A DNA stretch of 64,000 nt from Gammaproteobacteria bacterium (GTDB taxonomy: Bacteria; Pseudomonadota; Gammaproteobacteria; JABABF01), in assembly GCA_965237805.1 (NCBI GenBank), contig OZ250153.1:768001-832000 (forward strand). The letters are read 5' to 3'. The notes below the pieces were generated by a model. It was not told the DNA's origin. It did no database searches and saw only the letters and a list, made by a program, of their open reading frames with translations. The position numbers and the translations under genes were made by a program. Numbering within the stretch: the stretch's first letter is position 1; every line of letters starts with the position of its first letter. Below, one piece after another: positions 48,734 through 59,496 of the stretch.

Positions 48734-48913
48734 GGCCCCACGGCGAGCGATCGCACACCTAGAGCATAACAACAGCGGCAACGGCCTCAGCGACGCACGG
48801 CATGCGCCCATGCCACGCTGTATCTGCCGTTCATGGTGGCGGCACCCCAACTCGTGCGGCATGACACCTCAGTCTGTGTGTTGCTTGAGTCAATCAAGCG
48901 GCTGGCCACCGCA

Positions 48914-50074
48914 CTATTCCAGTGCCGAGACCCCCTCCCCCAGCACCCGTTCTATCGCAGCTTGATAGATACCCACCAGCGCCTCTAAGTCGGCTACCGC
49001 CACGCATTCGTCCACCTGGTGGATGGTGGCGTTGATGGGACCGAACTCCACCACTTCGGCACCGGCTGGCGCGAAGAAGCGACCGTCCGATGTGCCGCCG
49101 TCAGTCACCGCTTGGGGCTCCTCGCCGAGCCGTTCGCGCACCGCCTCGCGCACCGCCGCCTGCAGTTCGCCCGGCGGGCAGAAGAAGGGTTTGCCCCCTT
49201 GGTGCCAATCCAGCTGGTAGTCGCAGCCATGTCTCTCAAGCACTGCCACCACCTCCGCTCGCAGCCAGTCTTCCTCGCTACACGGGTTGTAGCGGAAATT
49301 GAAGCGCGCCCATAACTCCCCCGGGATCACATTGTCAGCACCAGTGCCAGCGCGTATATTCGACAGCTGGAAGCTGGTGGGCGGAAAACCACCGCCCCCC
49401 TTATCCCAGCACCGCGCAGCCAACTCCCCGAGTACCGGCAGGGCGCGGTGGATCGGGTTGTCTGCCAGCTGGTGGTAGGCGATGTGTCCCTGCACACCGC
49501 GCAGCCGCAGCTGCCCACTCAGCGAGCCACGGCGCCCGTTCTTCAGCGTATCGCCGAAGCGCTCCGTGCAGCTGGGCTCGCCGATCAAGCTCCAGCGGAT
49601 ATGCTCGCCGCGCACCGCCAAGGCCTCGACGACACGCGCCGTGCCGTCCACCGCCTCGGCCTCCTCATCGCTGGTGATCAGCAGCGCCAGCCGTCCACAG
49701 TGCCGGGGGTGGGCGGCAACAAAGGCCTCAACCGCCAATACCAATGCTGCCAGCGCCCCTTTCATATCGGCAGCGCCGCGACCGTGCAGATAACCAGCCT
49801 CATCGAGCTCGGCAGCAAACGGTGGGTAGTGCCACGCCTCCTCGGGGCCAGTCGGCACCACATCGCTGTGCCCTGCCAAGCACAGGATCGGCCCCTCCCC
49901 ACCATGCACCGCCCACAGATTACTGACCGCGCCGAAGGGCATGGTCTCGACAGTGAAGCCTGCGGCTTCTAGGCGCTGTGCCAACAGCGCTTGGCAGCCG
50001 CCATCCTCAGGCGTCACCGAGGGTCGGCGGATCAGCTCCCGCGCCAGCACCAGCACAGCGGATTCAGCCACCAT
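48914..50074 (-). CDS. dapE: Succinyl-diaminopimelate desuccinylase
   Basis: SVTP.D.GCQ, GH.DVVP.G, GRGAADMKG, SDEE, GEP, GRRGS, GGTSDGRF motifs. Confidence 0.96.
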   Translation of the reverse strand: MVAESAVLVLARELIRRPSVTPEDGGCQALLAQRLEAAGFTVETMPFGAVSNLWAVHGGEGPILCLAGHSDVVPTGPEEAWHYPPFAAELDEAGYLHGRGAADMKGALAALVLAVEAFVAAHPRHCGRLALLITSDEEAEAVDGTARVVEALAVRGEHIRWSLIGEPSCTERFGDTLKNGRRGSLSGQLRLRGVQGHIAYHQLADNPIHRALPVLGELAARCWDKGGGGFPPTSFQLSNIRAGTGADNVIPGELWARFNFRYNPCSEEDWLRAEVVAVLERHGCDYQLDWHQGGKPFFCPPGELQAAVREAVRERLGEEPQAVTDGGTSDGRFFAPAGAEVVEFGPINATIHQVDECVAVADLEALVGIYQAAIERVLGEGVSALE

Positions 50075-50122
50075 ATCGCCAGCTCTTCCCTACACCGATC
50101 ACTGACTACCAAACCGTGCCAC

Positions 50123-51148
50123 TTAATTATTGGCGTGCAACGCCTCGTTGAGGCGGATCGGCTTGGTATTGGGCAAACATTCGATGGCTCCGCTGAGCGA
50201 ATTGCGCCGGAATAGCAAATCATCTTCGCCCGACAACTCACGCGCTTTCAGCTGTCGCACGACACTCCCGTCGGCACCCAATGCCGTGACCACCGACCCC
50301 GCCGTCAGGTAGAGCCCCGCCTCCACGGTGCAGCGGTCCCCCAGCGAGATGCCGATGCCGGCGTTGGCACCGATCAGGCAATTGCGTCCAACCGAGAGCA
50401 ACTCTCCCCCACCCCACAATGTACCCATGATTGAGGCACCGCCACCGAGGTCAGAGTCGGCTTGCACGACCACCCCAGAGGAGATGCGCCCCTCCACCAA
50501 ATTGGGCCCCTCGGTGCCAGCGTTGAAATTGATAAAGCCCTCGTGCATCACCGTCGTGCCCTCGCCAATCCACGCACCGAGGCGCACACGGGCGCTGTCG
50601 GCAATGCGCACACCGGGCGGCACCACGTAGTCGCACATGCGCGGAAATTTGTCGACAGAATGCACCCGCAACAGGTTGCCGCCAAGCCGCTCGCGCAGGC
50701 GCTGCCCCGCTAACTCTGCCACGGCCACCGCACCGATATTGGTCCAGGCCACCGTCGGTAGCACGCCGAACAGCCCGTCCAGATTGAGCTCGTTCGGACG
50801 CGCCATGCGATACGAGAGCAGGTGTAGCATCAGATAGGCCTGCGGAACATCGACCGGCGGGCTGTCGGCTGCCAACACACTCAGCACGCATTCGTGCTCG
50901 GCATGATCCAGCTGCCCGGCGAGCGCGGCCACCTCGACGAGTCCTGCCGCCGTCAAAGCTGCGGCAAAAGGTGCCAAGGCATCGCTTGCCATCACTGTCA
51001 GCGGCGCACCGTTGTAGCCAAACAGCTCTTCAAGGGCGCGCCAGAGCTCGGGCGGTGCCTCGCACACCGGATGCGGGTAATAGATCTCCAACCAATGACC
51101 AGCGGCATCGCGGCTGCCGATGCCCAAACCAAAAGCGCACACGCTCAT
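50123..51148 (-). CDS. dapD: Tetrahydrodipicolinate N-succinyltransferase (Pseudomonas/actinobacterial type)
   Basis: SVDKFPRM.DYVVP.GVRIAD..RVRLGA..GEGTTVMHEGFINFNAGT, LFRRNS..G motifs. Confidence 0.95.
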   Translation of the reverse strand: MSVCAFGLGIGSRDAAGHWLEIYYPHPVCEAPPELWRALEELFGYNGAPLTVMASDALAPFAAALTAAGLVEVAALAGQLDHAEHECVLSVLAADSPPVDVPQAYLMLHLLSYRMARPNELNLDGLFGVLPTVAWTNIGAVAVAELAGQRLRERLGGNLLRVHSVDKFPRMCDYVVPPGVRIADSARVRLGAWIGEGTTVMHEGFINFNAGTEGPNLVEGRISSGVVVQADSDLGGGASIMGTLWGGGELLSVGRNCLIGANAGIGISLGDRCTVEAGLYLTAGSVVTALGADGSVVRQLKARELSGEDDLLFRRNSLSGAIECLPNTKPIRLNEALHANN

Positions 51149-51157
51149 CGATGCAGC

Positions 51158-51811
51158 TCAGGCGCGGCGCGGCAGCTCCACACGCCGCCGACGCGGATAG
51201 CAGGCACGGCACAAGCCGCACACTGTGCCGTCGCAACCCCGCGCCGTGCAGTGCTCGCGTCCGTAGTAAATCATCTGTAAATGCAGTGTACACCAAGCGG
51301 ATTGAGGGAAAAGGCGCTTCAGACTCTGCTCGGTGCTGCGGACATTGCGACCGTCGCTGAGCCCCCAGCGATGCGCCAAGCGATGAATATGGGTGTCCAC
51401 CGGGAAAGCAGGGGTGTCGAAACACTGGCATTGCATCACGCTTGCGGTCTTGTGCCCCACCCCCGGCAGGCGCTCCAAATCCTCCAGTGCGCGTGGCACT
51501 GCGCCGCCGTGCCGCTCGACCAGCAGACGCGAGAGGGCGGCGATGGCCCGCGCTTTCTGTGGTGCCAGCCCGCAGCTGCGGATGTAGCGCTGGACCTCGG
51601 CCACCGGTAGCCGCATCATCTGCTCGGGTGTGCTGGCGCGCTCGAACAGGGCGGGCGTGACGAGGTTGACACGTGCGTCGGTACACTGAGCAGACAACAC
51701 CACCGCCACCAGCAAGCTATAAGGGTCGCTGTGATGTAGCGGGATCGGCTGCTCGGGGTACAGCTCGGCAAGCTGGCGGTGTACCAAAGCGGCGCGTTGA
51801 TGGCGGCGCAC
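51158..51811 (-). CDS. nth: Endonuclease III
   Basis: LSAQCTD.RVN, HhH LPGVGHKTA, FPVDTHI.R, C-terminal Cys cluster. GTG start inferred. Confidence 0.92.
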   Translation of the reverse strand: MRRHQRAALVHRQLAELYPEQPIPLHHSDPYSLLVAVVLSAQCTDARVNLVTPALFERASTPEQMMRLPVAEVQRYIRSCGLAPQKARAIAALSRLLVERHGGAVPRALEDLERLPGVGHKTASVMQCQCFDTPAFPVDTHIHRLAHRWGLSDGRNVRSTEQSLKRLFPQSAWCTLHLQMIYYGREHCTARGCDGTVCGLCRACYPRRRRVELPRRA

Positions 51812-51822
51812 AGGCGCGTCGC

Positions 51823-52626
51823 TCAGGCGGCTTGGAAAAAGGGCTCGTCGTGCCGTGCCGTCAGCACTTCGGCGCCATCGCGCGTCACTGCCAGCGTGTG
51901 CTCCCACTGTGCCGACAGACGGCCGTCCACCGTCTCTACCGTCCAGCCATCGCTGCGGTTCAGTTTGACCTGTTGCCGACCGAGATTGATCATCGGTTCG
52001 ATGGTGAAAGTCATCCCTTCCTCCAACACCATACCGGTGCCGGCACGACCGTAATGCAACACATGGGGCTCCTCATGGAAATTCTCGCCGATGCCGTGGC
52101 CGCAATACTCACGCACCACCGAATAGTGGTTATCGCTGGCATGGCGCTGGATCAGGTTGCCGAGATCGCCTAAGCGCACCCCGGCGCGCACCTGCTCAAT
52201 GGCACGGTAGAGGCATTCCTGCGTCACCCGCGACAGGCGTTGTGCGTGCGCTAGCACCTTGCCGACCATGAACATGCGGCTGGTGTCGCCGTAGTAGCCA
52301 TCTTTGATGACTGCCACATCCAAGTTGAGAATATCGCCGCTACGCAGCAGTTTCTTCTCGGACGGGATGCCGTGGCAGACCACTTGGTTGACCGAGGAGC
52401 AAATGGCGCGCGGGAAGCCGCGGTAACCGAGCGCGGCTGGCACGGCATCGTGCTCGACGATGTACTCGTGGCACCGGCGATCCAGCTCACCGGTGCTGAT
52501 GCCGGGACGCACATAGTCGACGATCATCTCAAGCACGGATGCCGCCAAGCGCCCGGCGATGCGCATTTGGGCCAGCTGAGCTGCTGTCTTTGGCTTGGGA
52601 GTGGAAAGCACAGAACTCACGCGCAT
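51823..52626 (-). CDS. map: Methionine aminopeptidase type I
   Basis: C.SVN.VVCHGIP, D.....GYYGD, YCGHGIG..FHEEP, FTIEPM, SAQWEHT motifs. Confidence 0.97.
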   Translation of the reverse strand: MRVSSVLSTPKPKTAAQLAQMRIAGRLAASVLEMIVDYVRPGISTGELDRRCHEYIVEHDAVPAALGYRGFPRAICSSVNQVVCHGIPSEKKLLRSGDILNLDVAVIKDGYYGDTSRMFMVGKVLAHAQRLSRVTQECLYRAIEQVRAGVRLGDLGNLIQRHASDNHYSVVREYCGHGIGENFHEEPHVLHYGRAGTGMVLEEGMTFTIEPMINLGRQQVKLNRSDGWTVETVDGRLSAQWEHTLAVTRDGAEVLTARHDEPFFQAA

Positions 52627-52794
52627 CGCACCATGGGCGGGGAATATGCTGAATTATATACCTCGGTAGCGGCTGCAATCACGAGAAGTTGTATAATGAG
52701 CGGCCAATCTCGATACGGACATTGCCAGCTTCTTGACGGCAGCCGGTACCGGGAATGCCAAAACCACTGCCCGCTGATAAAACACTGCATCGTC

Positions 52795-53538
52795 ATGAGT
52801 GAAGTCGAGGCACCAAATCTGCAAAGCCTACTCAAGGTAGGGGCTCATTTCGGGCACCGTACGCGCTATTGGAATCCGAAGATGGAACCGTACATCTTCG
52901 GTGCTTACAACAAAATCCATATCATTAACTTAGATCGCACCGTGGTCGCCCTGCGCGAGGCAATGGGCTTTGTGCGCACACTGGCCAAACACGGCAACAA
53001 GCTGCTGTTTGTCGGCACCAAACGTGCGACTAGCGATGTGATCAATGAACAGGCAACACGCTGCGGCATGCCCTATGTGGAGCGCCGTTGGCTCGGTGGC
53101 ATGCTGACCAACCACAAAACCCTGCGCAGTTCGATCAAGCGTCTGCTGGATCTGGAGGAGCAGCACCGGGACGGCTCCTTCCAAAACCTGAAGAAGAAGG
53201 AAGTGGTGAGGTTGATGCGACAGATCGACAAATTGAACCGCAATCTCGGCGGCCTCAAGGAGATGTCCAGCTTGCCCGACGCACTGTTTGTCATCGATGT
53301 GGATCACGAGGGAATCGCCGTATTGGAGGCTGCACGACTCCGCATCCCAATCATCGGCATTGTCGACACCAACTCCGACCCCAGCAAAATCGACTACCCC
53401 ATTCCCGCCAACGACGATTCCATCCGCGCGATACGCCTCTATGCCTCGGCGATAGCCGACGCTTACATCGCTGGTCGCAAAGCGGCAGAAGCAGTCCATG
53501 CGGGCGAATTCCAAGAAGTGACGACCAGCAACAGCTGA
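52795..53538 (+). CDS. rpsB: 30S ribosomal protein S2
   Basis: [40 protein letters not shown] motifs. Confidence 0.97.
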   Translation: MSEVEAPNLQSLLKVGAHFGHRTRYWNPKMEPYIFGAYNKIHIINLDRTVVALREAMGFVRTLAKHGNKLLFVGTKRATSDVINEQATRCGMPYVERRWLGGMLTNHKTLRSSIKRLLDLEEQHRDGSFQNLKKKEVVRLMRQIDKLNRNLGGLKEMSSLPDALFVIDVDHEGIAVLEAARLRIPIIGIVDTNSDPSKIDYPIPANDDSIRAIRLYASAIADAYIAGRKAAEAVHAGEFQEVTTSNS

Positions 53539-53578
53539 GCGCTGTGGTCACAACCAACACAGGACGAAAACGCAGGAC

Positions 53579-54430
53579 ATGAGCGCTATCGCAGCCTCGC
53601 TGGTCAAGGAATTGCGCGAACGCACTGGCATTGGCATGATGTCCTGCAAACAGGCGCTACTGGCCTGTGATGGCGACCTCGATGCCGCCATCGCCCATCT
53701 GCGCCGCAACAGCGGCCTGAAGGCCGATAGTCGCGCCGGTCGCTCGGCACTCGAGGGGGTGATCGCCGCCGCGGTCACGATCGATGGGAGCAGGGCCTAT
53801 CTACTGGAAGTCAATTGCGAGACCGATTTCGTCGCTCGCGACGTAGGGTTCCTGCGCTTCGTCGCACAGACACTGGCCTCTGCAGAGCAGCACCCAGACA
53901 TCGCATCCCTCAGGGCGGCGGTGGAGGATGCGCGCCACGCGCTGGTCCAGAAGACTGGCGAGAATGTCCAGCTGCGACGACTGGCATATCACCACAGCGA
54001 CGGTGGGCATGTCCACCACTATGTGCACAGCAACCGCCGCATCGGCGCACTGGTCGAATTGCACGGCGACGGTGCCGCTGACAGTGTGCTTGGACGCGAT
54101 GTCGCCATGCATATGGCGGCGATGAACCCCGCCGTGGTACGGCCTGAGGACATGCCAACCGCCGTGGTCGACAGGGAACGCAAACTGTACCAAGCACAAG
54201 CCAAGGACAGCGGCAAAACACCGGAGATCGCCGAGAAGATGGCGCAGGGCCGGATGAAAAAATTCCTTGCTGCCAACAGCTTAGTAGAGCAAGCCTTCGT
54301 GCGCGACCCCAGCGTCACTGTCGGCCAGTTGACTCAGCGCGCCAACGCCGAGCTGCGGGCAGCGATACGCTTCGAGGTGGGTGCAGAGATGGCAGCACAG
54401 GCCGGGGCAGCTCCGGCTCCAGTGCACTAG
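53579..54430 (+). CDS. tsf: Elongation factor Ts
   Basis: VKELRERTG.GMM.CK.AL, EVNCETDFV motifs. Confidence 0.97.
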   Translation: MSAIAASLVKELRERTGIGMMSCKQALLACDGDLDAAIAHLRRNSGLKADSRAGRSALEGVIAAAVTIDGSRAYLLEVNCETDFVARDVGFLRFVAQTLASAEQHPDIASLRAAVEDARHALVQKTGENVQLRRLAYHHSDGGHVHHYVHSNRRIGALVELHGDGAADSVLGRDVAMHMAAMNPAVVRPEDMPTAVVDRERKLYQAQAKDSGKTPEIAEKMAQGRMKKFLAANSLVEQAFVRDPSVTVGQLTQRANAELRAAIRFEVGAEMAAQAGAAPAPVH

Positions 54431-54456
54431 TGCGGCGCGACGGGCAGGCGACGGGC

Positions 54457-55032
54457 ATGGCAAGCGGCAACGCGAGCATTGAAAGCATCAGCCGCGATGC
54501 GGCGCAACGCATGGATAAAAGCCTGCAAACGCTACACGGGAATTTCAAGAAGATCCGTACCGGGCGCCCGCACCCCGATCTACTAGATACCGTACATGTC
54601 GACTACTACGGCACGCCGACCCCGCTGACCAAAGTGGCCAGCATCACCGTCGAAGAGGGGCGTTGCCTCGTCGTGGCACCTTGGGAGAAATCCTTGTTGC
54701 CCGACATCGAAAAAGCGATCATGTTGGCCGACTTGGGGCTCAACCCGAACATTGCCAACGGCGTGGCGCGCATCGTCATGCCACCGTTGACCGAGGAGAC
54801 CCGCCGCGATTACACGCGCCAAGCGCGGCAAGTGGCAGAGGCCTCCAAGGTAGCGGCGCGCAACATCCGGCGCGAGGCGAACAACGCGCTCAAAGTGCTG
54901 GTTAAAGCGCATGAGGTAGGCGAGGACGACGAACGCCGTGCAGAACACCAAGTGCAGCAGCTGACCGACCGCCACATCGGCGAAGTGGACAAGGTGCTGG
55001 CAACCAAGGAACAAGAGTTAATGGCGCACTGA
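54457..55032 (+). CDS. frr: Ribosome recycling factor
   Basis: IRTGR, V.YYG..TPL, IEKAI..DLGLNP, PPLTEE.R, RNIRR motifs. Confidence 0.96.
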   Translation: MASGNASIESISRDAAQRMDKSLQTLHGNFKKIRTGRPHPDLLDTVHVDYYGTPTPLTKVASITVEEGRCLVVAPWEKSLLPDIEKAIMLADLGLNPNIANGVARIVMPPLTEETRRDYTRQARQVAEASKVAARNIRREANNALKVLVKAHEVGEDDERRAEHQVQQLTDRHIGEVDKVLATKEQELMAH

Positions 55033-55099
55033 CAGCCAATCGCCGGGTGCCTGGGCATCGACTCTGATCCGGCTGGCCGGGGTGCCGAGCGAGGCAGGC

Positions 55100-55879
55100 A
55101 TGACTTCAACAGCGGCTCGTGCAATGGCCCGCTCCCAAGAACCCAAGGTACCCGCAGCAACTCCCCTGCCCCGCCATATCGCTTTCATCATGGATGGCAA
55201 CAAGCGCTGGGCCGAGCGCCGCGGGCTCGATGTGCAACAAGGCCATCGCGCTGGTGTCAAGGCGACCTTGCAGCTACTGAGCGACATCGGCAAACGCGAC
55301 CACATCGAAGCTGTCACTCTATTCGCTTTCAGCAACGAGAACTGGTTGCGCCCGGCGCAAGAAATAGAGGGGCTGATGGGACTGCTGTACGAGCAACTGG
55401 CAGATCGGGAAGTACAAAAACTGCACGCTGAGGGAGTGCAGCTGCGGTTTATCGGCGCACGTGCGCAATTCAGCGCCGAGATGCGCCACCGTATGGAGGC
55501 AGCCGAGCGCCTCACCACCGACAACCACCGTGTTATCACGGTGGCCTTGGGCTACAGCGGCCAGTGGGACATCGTGCAGGCGGCGCGCAATTTGGCTCAG
55601 CGAGTGGCCGCGGGCGAGCTGCGCGCCGAGCAGATCGACGAGGAGCTGTTCGCCAGCCAACTGTGCTTGGCCGGCTTGCCGCCGCCGGATCTGTGCGTGC
55701 GCACCAGTGGCGAGCAGCGGCTGAGCAATTTCGCGCTGTGGCAATGCGCCTATACCGAACTGTGCTTCTGTGAGCTGCCATGGCCAGATTTCGACATCCA
55801 CGCACTGGATCGGGTACTCGCCGAATATCAGACTCGCCAACGCCGCTTCGGGGAACGACCCGAGCACAGCAGCTCATGA
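55100..55879 (+). CDS. uppS: Undecaprenyl diphosphate synthase
   Basis: HIAFIMDGN.RWA, FS.ENW.RP, RTSGEQRLSNF.LWQ.AY.E motifs. Confidence 0.95.
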   Translation: MTSTAARAMARSQEPKVPAATPLPRHIAFIMDGNKRWAERRGLDVQQGHRAGVKATLQLLSDIGKRDHIEAVTLFAFSNENWLRPAQEIEGLMGLLYEQLADREVQKLHAEGVQLRFIGARAQFSAEMRHRMEAAERLTTDNHRVITVALGYSGQWDIVQAARNLAQRVAAGELRAEQIDEELFASQLCLAGLPPPDLCVRTSGEQRLSNFALWQCAYTELCFCELPWPDFDIHALDRVLAEYQTRQRRFGERPEHSSS

Positions 55880-56050
55880 CAGCAGCACACAGAGGCATGT
55901 CCCTGCCCGACGTGGCGTGGCCAGCACCCAATCGCCACTATAATCTAGCACTTGGCACTGCCAACTGTACGCGACCAGACGATGGCGGCATGGCTCAAAC
56001 GCCAAGCAGCGCTGGCCAGACATGTTGATCCCCCCACCCAAGGACGCGCA

Positions 56051-56866
56051 ATGAAGCAGCGATTCATCACTGGCGGGGCACTCTTGGTCGCGGTCATCAG
56101 TGCCGTCTGGCAGCTGCCCGAGGGGCTGTTCTCCTTGCTGGTAGCCGCCGTGCTCGCCATCGCCGCTTGGGAATGGATGCCGCTGGCTGGCTACCCCCAC
56201 ACTGCCCAACGCATGGTCGGCGCAGTGGTGACACTGAGTGTCTTGACCGTGCTGGCCTGGGGGCCATGGGGACAAACACTGGCACCGGCGATACTGGCCG
56301 CTGGTGCTGTCTGGTGGTCGCTGGCTCTGGTGCTGGTGGTGACTTGGCCGCGCAGCCAATCGCTATGGGAGCCGCGTTGGGTGCGACTCATCGCCGGTGG
56401 TGCCGTCCTGCTCCCCAGCGGAGTTGCCCTCGTCACCCTGCGCCAATCAACCGATGGACAACTGCTGGTGCTGGTGCTGCTCGCGGTAGTGATGCTGGTC
56501 GACACTGGCGGCTACTTGATCGGCAGAGCCAGCCGCCGCCCGCGCCCACTGGCCCCGGCAGTGAGCCCAGGCAAGACATGGACCGGCTTTGTCGGAGGGG
56601 TCGGCACAGCTGCCATGGCACCGCTTGCGATCTCGACACAGTGCGGCAAAGCCTTGGCCTGTAGCCCGCCATCGTTGTTCGCCGCCTCTATCGTGGCGAT
56701 TTTGGCGGCAGTGGTCGGCGACCTGCTGGAGAGCGTCGCCAAGCGGCATGTAGGCGTCAAGGATTCGGGACGACTGCTACCTGGACACGGCGGCCTACTC
56801 GACCGCATCGATGGCCTACTCGCGGCGGCACCCCTGTTCGCGCTGATATGGCTCTGGGGTCACTGA
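56051..56866 (+). CDS. cdsA: Phosphatidate cytidylyltransferase
   Basis: MKQR..T, DTGGY..G, SPGKT..G, GDL.ES..KR..GVKDSG.LLPGHGG.LDRID motifs. Confidence 0.95.
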   Translation: MKQRFITGGALLVAVISAVWQLPEGLFSLLVAAVLAIAAWEWMPLAGYPHTAQRMVGAVVTLSVLTVLAWGPWGQTLAPAILAAGAVWWSLALVLVVTWPRSQSLWEPRWVRLIAGGAVLLPSGVALVTLRQSTDGQLLVLVLLAVVMLVDTGGYLIGRASRRPRPLAPAVSPGKTWTGFVGGVGTAAMAPLAISTQCGKALACSPPSLFAASIVAILAAVVGDLLESVAKRHVGVKDSGRLLPGHGGLLDRIDGLLAAAPLFALIWLWGH

Positions 56867-58074
56867 TGACAAAAGCGTGCAGACCCTTGGTCGTCTTGGG
56901 AGCCACCGGATCGGTGGGCGGAACCCTGTTGCGCATGGTGGCAGAGCAGCCGGAACGCCACCCCGTGTTGGGTTTGGCTGGACACCGCCGGGTGGCAGAG
57001 ATGCATGCTCTGTGCCACCGACACCACCCGCGCTATGCGGCACTGGCGGATCGGGGGGCGGCACGGCGGTTGCGGCGTGCGCTGAGAGCTGATGGCCTCG
57101 ACATCGAAGTGCTGGAAGGTCCGGAGGGTCTGTGCCACTTGGCCGCCCACGAGGAAGCCAGCACGGTACTCGCCGCCATTGTCGGCATGGCTGGCCTCGA
57201 ACCGAGCTTGGCTGCGGCACGCGCTGGCAAGCGCATACTGCTTGCCAACAAAGAAGCGCTGGTCGCCGCTGGCTCACTGTTCATGCAGGCAGTGGCCGAG
57301 GGCAACGCCGAATTGTTACCAGTAGACAGTGAACACAACGCGATCCTGCAGTGCCTGCCAAGCGGCACCGAGACCGGGCGCTCCCCCGCCAGCGTGCGCC
57401 GGCTGTTGCTGACCGCTTCCGGCGGACCGCTGTTGCGGTTGCCGCTGGCGGCACTCGACCAAGTGACGCCGGAGCGCGCCTGCGACCACCCGAACTGGCG
57501 TATGGGACGCAAGATCTCAGTAGATTCCGCCACCATGATGAATAAGGGCTTGGAATTGATTGAGGCGTGCTGGTTGTTCGGCATGCCGGAGTGGCAAGTG
57601 GAGGTTGTCGTGCATCCCCAGAGCGTTGTCCATTCGATGGTGGAATATATCGACGGCTCGGTGCTGGCACAGCTGGCCTGCCCCGACATGCGTGTGCCGC
57701 TGGCCACCGCCCTCGACTGGCCACAACGCCAAGCAAGCGGTGCCCCTTTCTTGGAACTGTCTGCGATCGGCTCGCTGGACTTCGAGCCGCCGCAACCAGA
57801 ACGTTTCCCCTGTCTCGAATTGGCACGGTCAGCGGCGCGCAATGGCGGCGGCGCAGCGGCAGCACTCAATGCGGCCAACGAAGTCGCGGTGGCGGCTTTT
57901 CTCGCTGGCGACATCGCTTTCACCCGCATCGCCGCAATCGCCGAAGCCGGCCTCGGTGCGGCGTCTAGCGAAGCGCCCAGCTCGCTACCCGCGCTGTTGG
58001 AGATCGATCATCGGGCGCGGGAACACGCCCGACGAGAACTGGCCACCAGCACAGTCCACGCCACGGCCGTCTAG
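56866..58074 (+). CDS. dxr: 1-deoxy-D-xylulose-5-phosphate reductoisomerase
   Basis: LGATGSVG, LANKE, LPVDSEH, LTASGGP, HPNW.MG.KISVDSATMMNKGLE, NAANE motifs. Confidence 0.97.
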   Translation: MTKACRPLVVLGATGSVGGTLLRMVAEQPERHPVLGLAGHRRVAEMHALCHRHHPRYAALADRGAARRLRRALRADGLDIEVLEGPEGLCHLAAHEEASTVLAAIVGMAGLEPSLAAARAGKRILLANKEALVAAGSLFMQAVAEGNAELLPVDSEHNAILQCLPSGTETGRSPASVRRLLLTASGGPLLRLPLAALDQVTPERACDHPNWRMGRKISVDSATMMNKGLELIEACWLFGMPEWQVEVVVHPQSVVHSMVEYIDGSVLAQLACPDMRVPLATALDWPQRQASGAPFLELSAIGSLDFEPPQPERFPCLELARSAARNGGGAAAALNAANEVAVAAFLAGDIAFTRIAAIAEAGLGAASSEAPSSLPALLEIDHRAREHARRELATSTVHATAV

Positions 58075-58107
58075 CCCTCCAAGCCACCAGCCACCACCAC
58101 AGACAAC

Positions 58108-59496
58108 ATGGAAAAATTACAGGTTGCACTGATCGGAATCCTGACACTCGGGCTCCTGATCACCGTGCATGAATTCGGGCACTTCTGGGTGGCTAGGCGC
58201 TGCGGCGTCCGGGTGCTACGCTTTTCCATCGGTTTCGGCAAGCCATTGCTGACATGGCGCGACCGGGACAACACCGAGTACGCGCTGTGTCCAATACCCC
58301 TAGGTGGCTATGTGCGCATGCTGGGGGAACAGAGCTTGGGGGACGGGGTCGACCCCTTGGAACGTGGGATCAGTGAGGAGGAGCGCCACCTGCGGGCTTT
58401 TGACCGCAAACCCTTGTCAGCCCGAGTAGCCATCGTCGCCGCTGGCCCGGCGATCAATCTGCTACTGGCAGTGCTGATCTACTGGGTGCTCGGCCTCATC
58501 GGGGTGACTCATATCATCCCCCGCATCGGCACCGTGCTGCCGAACACGCCAGCCTCTGAAGCCAGCTTGGAGCCGGGGCAGGAAATCGTCGAGATCGATG
58601 GGGTGCCGACCAAAAATTGGCAGGAGATCGCACTGCGCCTCTTCAAGCGCATCGGTGACACCGGCGAGCTGCGACTTGGCCTACGCTACCAAGGCGACGA
58701 TGCCATCTATTTTTCGAGAGCTTATATCGAGCGGTGGCTGCGGGCAGAGGAATCGCAGAGGAATCCAGTGCGGGCGCTGGGCATTGAGCCGTACCTGCCT
58801 CCCCAACGCGCACTGATCGGCTCGGTGGTATCCGGTAGTCCGGCAGCGCATTCCACGCTACGCTCCGGGGACGAGATCATCGCCGCCGCTGGCGAGCGTA
58901 TCCCTGATTGGGATGCATGGCGAGAGCTCGTGCGCCAGAAAGCGGGGCAAACTTTCATGCTGGCGGTGTTGCGCGACGGCAGGATGTTGCAGCTCGCGAT
59001 CACACCAGAGGCATTCGATGGCGGCGAAGGCATCGAATACGGCCGTGTCGGCACCATACTCGCCACCCAAGAACTGCCCCCGGGCTCCATGCGCACCATT
59101 CGCTACTCGCCGCTGTCGGCTGCGGCGATGGCCGTGCGCCGCACTTGGGACCTATCGGTGTTCTCTCTGGTAGCGCTGGGCAAGATGGTGTCTGGCACCA
59201 TGTCGAGCAAACAGCTCAGCGGCCCAGTCACCATCGCCCGCATGGCTGGCCAAGCGATCGATGAAGGCTGGCGCCCATTTTTGGAGTTGCTGGCTTTGTT
59301 CAGCCTGAGTTTGGGCATACTGAACCTATTGCCCATCCCCGTGCTGGATGGTGGGCACTTGATGTACATGATGTTCGAATATATGCGGGGCACACCGCTA
59401 CCGGTGTTTGTGCAGGAAGCCGGGCAACGCATCGGCATCGCACTGATATTGGGCGTGATGTTGCTGGCTCTATACAATGATTTCCTGCGTCTATAG
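58108..59496 (+). CDS. rseP: RIP metalloprotease RseP
   Basis: HEFGH, FSIGFG, PLGGYV.M, two PDZ-like segments, NLLPIPVLDGGH. Confidence 0.96.
   Translation: MEKLQVALIGILTLGLLITVHEFGHFWVARRCGVRVLRFSIGFGKPLLTWRDRDNTEYALCPIPLGGYVRMLGEQSLGDGVDPLERGISEEERHLRAFDRKPLSARVAIVAAGPAINLLLAVLIYWVLGLIGVTHIIPRIGTVLPNTPASEASLEPGQEIVEIDGVPTKNWQEIALRLFKRIGDTGELRLGLRYQGDDAIYFSRAYIERWLRAEESQRNPVRALGIEPYLPPQRALIGSVVSGSPAAHSTLRSGDEIIAAAGERIPDWDAWRELVRQKAGQTFMLAVLRDGRMLQLAITPEAFDGGEGIEYGRVGTILATQELPPGSMRTIRYSPLSAAAMAVRRTWDLSVFSLVALGKMVSGTMSSKQLSGPVTIARMAGQAIDEGWRPFLELLALFSLSLGILNLLPIPVLDGGHLMYMMFEYMRGTPLPVFVQEAGQRIGIALILGVMLLALYNDFLRL

Noticed and set aside
52627-52794. rpsB leader (S2 autoregulatory RNA)
   Set aside because: The position fits, but I could not identify the conserved structure by eye.
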